54,002 bases of DNA from Prorocentrum cordatum. Taxonomy: Eukaryota. Made by a program: the position numbers and the translations under genes. The notes beneath the pieces were generated by a model. That model was not told the DNA's origin. It saw only the letters and a program-made list of their open reading frames with translations, and made no database searches. The stretch lies in the NCBI GenBank assembly GCA_963575745.1, contig CAUYUJ010000275.1, forward strand, positions 62,001 to 116,002, read 5' to 3'. This document shows, piece after piece, positions 47,026 to 54,002 of this stretch. Position 1 is the stretch's first letter. Every line of letters begins with the position of its first letter.

Positions 47026-49241
47026 GCTGGCCCTCCCAGAAGCCCACGGAAACGGCGACGGACTCGCAGATCGCAGGCGCCAATGGGGCGGCGAGGTCCC
47101 GTGGTGATCTGCGTAGGACGTACCTCCGCTGGCCCTCCCAGAAGCCCACGAAAGTGGCGACAGCTTCGCAGATCGCAGCCCCCCAGGGGCGACGCGGTCT
47201 CGTGGTGATCTGCGTGGGACGTACCTCGGTTGGGCCTCCCAGAAGCCAGCGAAAGTGGCGACAAGTTCGCAGATCGCAGCCCCCCAGGGGGGCGGCCTCG
47301 TGGTGATCAACGTAGGACGTATCTCCGCTGGCCCTCCCAGAAGCCCACGAAAGTGGCGACAGCTTCGCAGATCGCAGCACCCCAAAGGGCGACGAGGTCT
47401 CGTGGTGGATCCGCGTAGGGCGTACCTCCGCTGGGGCCTCCCAGACGCCCACGAAAGTGGCGACAAATTCGCAGACCGCAGCCCCCCCAGGGGGGCGGCC
47501 TCGTGGTGATCAGCGTAGGGCGTACCTCCGCTGCCCCCCCCCCCCAGGAGCCCACGAACGTGGCGACAGTTTCGCAGATCGCAGCGCCGGCGCCCCAGGG
47601 GACGGAGAGGTCGCGTGGTGATCCGCACATGGCGTCACCCCACTGGCCCTCCCATGGGCCAGCGAAAGTGTCGACAGTCTCGCAGACCGCAGCACCCCAC
47701 GGGGCGGCGAGGTCTCGTGGTGATCTGCGTGGGACGTACCTCTGCTGGCCCTCCCAGAAGCCCACGAGAGTGGCGACAGTTTCGCAGATTGTAGCCCCCC
47801 AGGGGGCGACGCGGTCTCGTGGTGATCTGCGTAGGACGCACCTCCGCTGGCCCCCCCCCAGGAGCCGGCGAACGTGGCGACAGCTTCGCAGATCGCAGCC
47901 CCCCAAGGGGCGACGAGATTTCGTGGTGATCTGCGTGGGACGCACCTCCGCTGGCCCACCCAGAAGCTACGAAAGAGGCGACAGCTTCGCAGATCGCACC
48001 CCCCCCCCCCCGCCCAAGGGACGGCGAGGTCCCGTCGTGATCTGCGTAGGACGCACCTCGCTTGCCCTCCCAGGAAGCGGGCGGACACGGCGACGGATTC
48101 GCAGATCGCCCCCCCCCCCCCCCGGGGGCGGCAAGGTCTTGCGGTGATCCGCGTATGACGTACCTCCGCTGGCCCAGAAGCTCGCGGAAGTGGCGACAGA
48201 CGGCGTAGTCTCGTGACGGTATGCGAAGGACGTACTTCCGCTGGCCCTCCCAGAAGCTCACAGAACTGGCGGCAGCTTCGCAGATCGCAGCCCCCCAGGG
48301 GACGGAGAGGTCTCGTAATGATCTGCGTGGGGCGCACTTCCGCTTGGCCTCCCAGAAGCCAGCGAAAACTGCGACATATTCGGGGGCCGCCGCCTCCCAG
48401 GGGACGGCGAGGTCTCGTGGTGATCTGCGTAGGACGCACCTCCGCTTGGCTTCCCAGAAGCCAACGGAAGTGGCGATATATTCGCAGATCGCAGCCCCCC
48501 AAGGGGCGACGAGGTCTCGTGGTGATCTGCGTAGGACGTGCCTCCGCTGGCCCTCCGTGAAGCCCGCGAAAGAGGCGACAGCTTGTCAGATCGCAGCCCC
48601 CCAGGGGCGACGCGGTCTCGTGGTGATCTGCGTGGGACGTACCTCGGTTGGGCCTCCCAGAAGCCAGCGAACGTGGCGACAGGTTCGCAGATCGCAGCCG
48701 CAGGGGGGCGACGCGGTCTCGTGGCGATCTGCGTGGGACGTACCTCTGCTGGCCCTCCCAGAAGCCCACGAGAGTGGCGACAGTTTCGCATGTCGCAGCC
48801 CCCCTGGGGACGGCGAAGTCTCGTGGTGATCTGCGTGGGACACGCTCCAGCCGGCCCTCCCAGAAGCCAACGAAGGTGGCGACAAGTTCGCAAATCGCAG
48901 CGAAGCCCACGAAAGTGGCGACAGCTTCGTAGATTGCAGCCCCCCAGGGGACGGCGAGGTCTCGCAATGATCTGCGTGGGACTCGCCTCCGCTGGCCCTC
49001 CCCGAAGCCAACGAAAACGGCGACAGGTTCGCAGATCGCAGCCCCCCAAGGGACGGCGAGGTCTCGTGGTGATCTGCGCGGGACGTACCTCCGCTCGCAG
49101 CCCCTCTGGGGACGGCGAGGTCTCGTGGTGATTTGCGTGGGACGTACCTCCGCTGGCCCTCCCAGAAGCCCACGAACGCGGCGACAGTTTCGCAGATCGC
49201 AGCGCCCCAGGGGACGGAGAGGTCTCGTGGTGATCTGCGTG
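47026..49241. repeat. ~100-bp GC-rich tandem satellite, ~22 diverged copies, each with an internal inverted repeat
   Basis: CCTCCCAGAAGCC recurs near 47031, 47133, 47234, 47332...; each unit has CGCAGATCGC ... GTGATCTGCG arms. Confidence 0.95.
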
Positions 49242-49499
49242 TCCCGCCCAAGTCGCCGCCGTAGAGGCCGTTGCCTCGTCGCGGGTGGCTCTTCTCTCCT
49301 GGCCCATGGCCTGGCCTGTTTGCTTGCGGTTGTTTCCCGTCCCTTTCTGCTCGCTGCTTCCCTCCATGTCCCTTCCTCCTGCTCCCTGCATGTTGTCCCC
49401 GCTTGGCCCCTCTTCTGCCTGCCCGCCCGCCCCGCCGGCCCTGGCCTCCCGCCTGGGCGTTCGTCGTCGTCTGCCTGTCCCCTCCCGCCTGGAGATCCT

Positions 49500-51144
49500 C
49501 CTTCTGGTCCGTAATTATCCTCGTCGAGAACCATCGCGCGCAACACGAACTCCTGAGCGGCGTTGCAGGTGTCAAGCTCCTTCTCCGAAATTCACGACCT
49601 GGCCGTTTCGGAGGCCGCCTTCCCGCTCTTGCGCAGCCGGGCGAGGTAGTGGGCAGCAATCCTCGCCTTCGCGCCTCCTAGGTTCCAGCCGTCGATGTCC
49701 CGATGCTTCTGGAGGTGATCCATGAGCCCCGCGAGGGTCGCGGGTCTCCTTCTCGATGATCTGGATGAGCTCGGGCACCTTGGAAGTACCTGCCAAATTC
49801 TGCGATCCTGTCAAGGACGTCGGGCCCGTGCGGATTCCGGCACCGCCTGGGTCGGCGCTCGAGCTTCCCTTGGTGACCGCGTCGGTCCTGACGATGTCCT
49901 CGTGCTCCTTGGGTCGATCCAAGAGAGAGCTGATCCCGCTGCTCACTCAGCTCCGACCTGATCCTGGGCGAGTCCAGCGAGCTCAGGGTCGCCTCGGTCC
50001 CCGAACTCCCGTTTGTCGTATGTGGCGAGTGATTGCCGCCGCCTTGCTCTATTTGGGCGATCTCTTTCGCGAGCTCCGTCTGCGATTGCACGACGACCCC
50101 AGCAAGTCGTGCATCTGGACACCCGCACGGCCGAACTCCCTCTCCGACGAGTCCGAATCCAAGTCCGAATCCACCCCAAACGGCCCTGCGGAATGCCTTC
50201 TTCTGCCCGGGCCACTTCAGGACGATGCCCCAGTCGAGGAATAAGCCCATAGCGATCAAGGCCATAACGTCCCAGTCCAGATCCTCGAAGTACCCGGCGA
50301 TCTCCTCCCAGCGCTCGCTCGCGCACTCGGTGGCCTCGACCACTTCGCGGGCAGTGATGTACAAAGCCTTGATCGCAACCCAGATCTTGAAACGCTTGCC
50401 CACGACGTAGATGGCCCACGAGGCTCCGCCCCAGTACCCTGGGGCGCCCCAGGAGACGAACGCCTCGATCAGGTTGATGGCCGTCCCCAGGCAAGGCATT
50501 ACTTATGTATTCGTCTAACCTTTGGTGGTAGCCGTCGTCCTCGTAGTAGCTTTGCTGTTGCGCTTCCGGACCACCGAATTCGACTGCTTCTCGATCTGTA
50601 TCAGGTCGGCGGTGCTGAAGCCAGGCACGTCCGAGTAGTCGATCTCTGGCAGCGGAATCGGCTTTACCTTGGTCCGATCCCGCACATGGATCACCTGCGC
50701 GCGCTTCCGAGGGTCGGTGGCCGTCCAGTGCGGATCGTTTGCCTCCTGCGGGAACACCCGCCCCACCAACAGCATGACCACGCCTCGCCGACGCCCACCA
50801 GGCGCTGCCGCCTTGCTGGTGTAGTACACTCTGCAATATGTTTGAAAGGTTATATCCTGCTCGTGTAGTTGCACGCTCTCGAGGTCGTCCCCCGAGCAAT
50901 GGAATCCGTCGTGCTGATCGGTCGGGTCCTCGCTGAACAAATGGGGCTCGGGAGCGTAGTAGCTCACAAACTCCTGACAGTACAGCTGCTCCTCACGCTC
51001 TGACGCGTTGTCGTCCCCAGCTGTCTCGTTGAGGGCCGAGAACTCCGTCACCAACACCAAAGAGCCCAAAAAGCCCCGCGGCCCAACGAGGGAACGCCGT
51101 GATTCCCTGTGATCTGAAGGATTTGAAAGAGGCTGCTCGATCAA
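49500..51144 (-). pseudogene. Disrupted long ORF of unknown function, possibly a retroelement ORF1/gag-like protein
   Basis: ORFs 50515-51144 and 49678-50499 share a frame separated by two stops (KG*TNT*VMP). Protein-like sequence continues through frameshifts: SLLDRPKEHEDIV...VPELIQIIEKETRDP / MDHLQKHRDIDGWNLGGAKARIAAHYLARLRKSG...ARS*ISEKELDTCNAAQEFVLRAMVLD. The identity rests on recollection of similar dinoflagellate repeat proteins only. Confidence 0.6.
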
Positions 51145-51155
51145 TCCCTAAAAAA

Positions 51156-51171
51156 CTTGAGCCCAATTAGC
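51156..51171 (-). other. Dinoflagellate spliced-leader-like relic
   Basis: Minus strand GCTAATTGGGCTCAAG vs DinoSL 3' part GCCATTTTGGCTCAAG (13/16), ending 11 nt upstream of the ORF above. Confidence 0.5.
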
Positions 51172-52562
51172 AACAAACGGAAGGGAGAGCGGGAGCAGAT
51201 ACGATAAACACCGATCGACGATCAGATATTGGGTTCACTGTTTACGGGCCGCGTGTGTCCAGCAGATCTCAGCCCGAGGGCGGCACGCCATCGAATCGTT
51301 GTTTGTTTTCTCCCTCCCGGCCGGGCTCTTGCCCGGCAGAAGGAGCCGAGATGCGGGGCCTCCTTCGATTTCCGCCGCCTTCCACCAGCCCTCCGCCAGC
51401 GGGCCCGTCTGCGATCTGCTCTCGCCGCCTCCTGCCGGCTCCAACCGCGCGCCAGGTGTGGCCCCCGTGGTTTCGACGACGGCGAAAGCCTTCGTGGAGC
51501 TGGCCATGTACCCCAGCCTTGGGCTCCCCTGGATTATTTTGAGACTCTGGGAGGCCACATTAAGACGTGCGTGCGCAAAGCGGGCGTCTGGGGTCGTTGG
51601 GCGTGCGTGAGAAGTGTATGTTGGCACCCTACGTTCGCTAATACTTTTGATCACGCCTGGACGAGTGTAGTGTGGTTGTTTTGGGTATGGTCGTTTTGGA
51701 TATGTTCCTTTTGGGTATGTCTGAAAGAATTTGGAGGGGTGGTGTAAAAAAATCAGAAAGAGACCAAACCAACCCGTCCTGTACTTCTACGTTGCGTACA
51801 CGTGCAACATCGCGGGAAATTACTGCCAAAAAACCCCAAACCGATCTTTCCGCGACATTTCTCGACCTTGGTCGATGCGTGATGGTCCTGGGACCCGAAC
51901 CAAGCAAACACTTTCCCGTCGGCGGCGAGGCAGAGGTGATCCACACCAGCGAGAGGCGATTCGGGGCAACCGAGCGAAAGCGCTGGGTGTGAAAAAGATG
52001 CAACGCCCGGATCTCAGGGCCGCCCACCCGCACACGTTCCTCCTGTCCCCCCCTGGGGATTCCTGCGCAGGCTCGTCGAGAACTCTGAGCACCCAGTGGC
52101 TGGACTCCCTCACCATCATGCAGATCGCGTCGACCTCTGCGGCGCTGTCTTCCATGGCGAAGCTGCCAACCTCGTTGTCCTTTCTCTCCTGTAATTGCGC
52201 TGGGACCGCACACCGCACCACAATCAAACACCAATGTGGTGGAAAACGTCCAGATCAAAGGGCATCAGCCCGCAAACCTAGCCGTTGGGTGCGAGTCCTT
52301 TCCTTTGCGGGCGTTTCCTCTCCCTGCCTGTGGCCACCCCGATCACCCCTCCTCAAACACGCCAGCTCAAACGAAAGCAAACAATGGCGGGATCGAGACA
52401 CGAGTCTAATACAGTATTGTCGATCCTTGCGCCGGGACAGGTCGGAGGTTGGGGGGTCAGATCGCAGCGGAACGGAGACCCCCAACCGGGAAATCGTTCC
52501 GTTTCGTTCGTGTCGTGCGTGCGGGCGAGGCGAAGCTGCGTGGGCGCGCGAGAGGAATGAAC

Positions 52563-53472
52563 CCGCCGCTGCTAGGGCGCATTCAAGACAAATGTTGCTC
52601 CCCCGTCCGTTCGTCCGTCCGTCCGTCCGTCCGTCCGTCCGGCGGTGGCCCAAGCGGTGTCCCGCGGTGTCCCGTGGTGTCCCGTGGTGTCCGCCGTTGC
52701 TAGGGCGAAGTCAAGACAAATGTTGCTCACCCGTCCGTCTGTCTGTCCGTCCGCCTGGCGGTGATCCTAGCGGTGGCTCGGGGTGTCCCGCGGTGTCTCG
52801 TGGTGTCCCGTGGTGTCCGCCGCTGCTAGGGCGAAGTCAAGACAAATGATTCTCCCCCGCTCGCCCGTCCGGAGGTGGCTCGCGGTTTCCCGCAGTGTCC
52901 CGTGGTGTCCCGTGGTGTCCTGTGGTGCCCCGTTGAATGAGATCGATAAACAGATCGATAGTGAGATCGATCGTAAAAACGATACTGAGATCGATGTGGT
53001 GCCCCGAGGTGTCCCGTGGTGTCCCAACACATGATACAGATAGAGAGATCGACAGGTGTCCCGTGGTGTCCCGTGGTGTCCCGTTGAGTGAGATCGAGAG
53101 TGAGATCGATAGTGAGATCGATGTGGTGCCCCGAGGTGTCCCGTGATGTCACGTGGTGTCCAACAAAATGAGATCGAGAATGAGATCGACAGGTGTCTCG
53201 TGATGTCCCGTGGTATCCCGTTGGGTGAGATCGAGAGTGAGATCGATATTGAGATCGATGTGGTATTCCGAGGTGTCCCGAGGTGTCCCGCGGTGTCCTA
53301 TGGTGTCCCGTTGAGTGAGTAGTGAGATCGATAGTGAGACCGATAGTGAGATCGAGAGGTGTCCCGCGGTGTCCCGCTGTGTCCCGTGGTGTCCCGTTAA
53401 GTGAGATCGATAGTGAGACCGATAGTGAGATCGACAAGTGTCCCGTGGTGTCCTGGCGAATGAGATCGAGTG
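52563..53472. repeat. Composite satellite: ~127-bp unit x3, then alternating (GTGTCCCGTG)n and (GAGATCGATAGT)n blocks
   Basis: CCGCCGYTGCTAGGGCG...TCAAGACAAATG at 52563, 52691 and 52817; 10-mer and 12-mer blocks alternate to ~53470. Confidence 0.92.
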
Positions 53473-53656
53473 AGTCAGATGTTGGTTCCCCCCTCTCCCC
53501 CCCAACAACCTACTTATCACCCGAAGGGTCGTCGTATAGGTATATACAGAACTGCGCGGCGTGTTGACATTCCAAGACTCAACACAATTATCTTGGCTGA
53601 TAGGCGATGGGCAATGGCAATGCTGAGGGTATCGATGGTGATGTTATGATGCCAGT

Positions 53657-53850
53657 GGCTGTGCTGTGCTGCACTGCGCTTTGGCGTGCTGTGCTGGACT
53701 GTACGGACTGTGCTGTTTCATGCTGTGTTGAGCTGTGCTGTACTCCATTGAGTTGTGGATCAAGGCGTCCTGGGCGTCCAGAGCGTTGCGGAACGCTCTG
53801 AGACACCTCCATCTCCATCTCCACCTCCATCTCCGATGTCGATGTCGAGT
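53657..53850. repeat. (GCTGT)n pentamer and (CTCCAT)n hexamer tracts
   Basis: Visible directly. Confidence 0.75.
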
Positions 53851-54002
53851 TCCCTTATCCCGATCTCAGGCCTGCCTGAAGACGACCCGCCACCGTGCCT
53901 TCGTCACACAGGGGCGTGTTAGCCGAGTGCCCCTCCATCTTCTTGTGGGGCCTACGGCCGTTGTTGTTTTGCCTAGCGCGTCGAGGCGGCGGCCCTGGCG
54001 AC

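Noticed and set aside
47510..49546. 678-aa ORF and overlapping long ORFs as genes
   Set aside because: Read-through of a GC-rich ~100-bp satellite; the translation cycles through frames of the same unit.
51820..51890. Tc1/mariner transposase C-terminal motif (HRPRSRNVAERSVWGFL, minus strand)
   Set aside because: Only a vague likeness to WP..SPDLNPIE..W; no upstream DD motifs.
1..54002. tRNA/rRNA genes
   Set aside because: GTTCGA words (e.g. ~1465, 7701, 36639) lack cloverleaf context, and I recognised no rRNA-like sequence; tRNAscan-SE or Infernal would be needed to exclude them formally.

Overview
GC-rich eukaryotic nuclear DNA saturated with repeats. It is most consistent with a core dinoflagellate such as Prorocentrum; this is an inference from the copia domain style, spliced-leader-like relics and the repeat landscape, not from a database search. 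I found no intact host gene, rRNA, tRNA or CRISPR array, and nearly all long ORFs in the track are read-through of repeats. Recognisable content: (i) a decayed Ty1/copia pol on the minus strand (~22.0-26.5 kb; integrase HHCC and core, RT HVDD, RNase H); (ii) a disrupted ~1.65 kb ORF (49.5-51.1 kb, minus) with a spliced-leader-like relic just upstream; (iii) five non-autonomous elements, each with its own asymmetric terminal inverted repeat pair and a 3' mini-hairpin (Helitron2/Helentron-like), three of them joined head-to-tail; (iv) several MITEs, two with clear target-site duplications; (v) 73-bp and ~100-bp satellites and many microsatellites. The most notable signals are the co-varying terminal repeats and concatemer of the rolling-circle-like family, an apparent T>C/A>G-biased decay of transposon sequence, and a possible OTU-protease relic.
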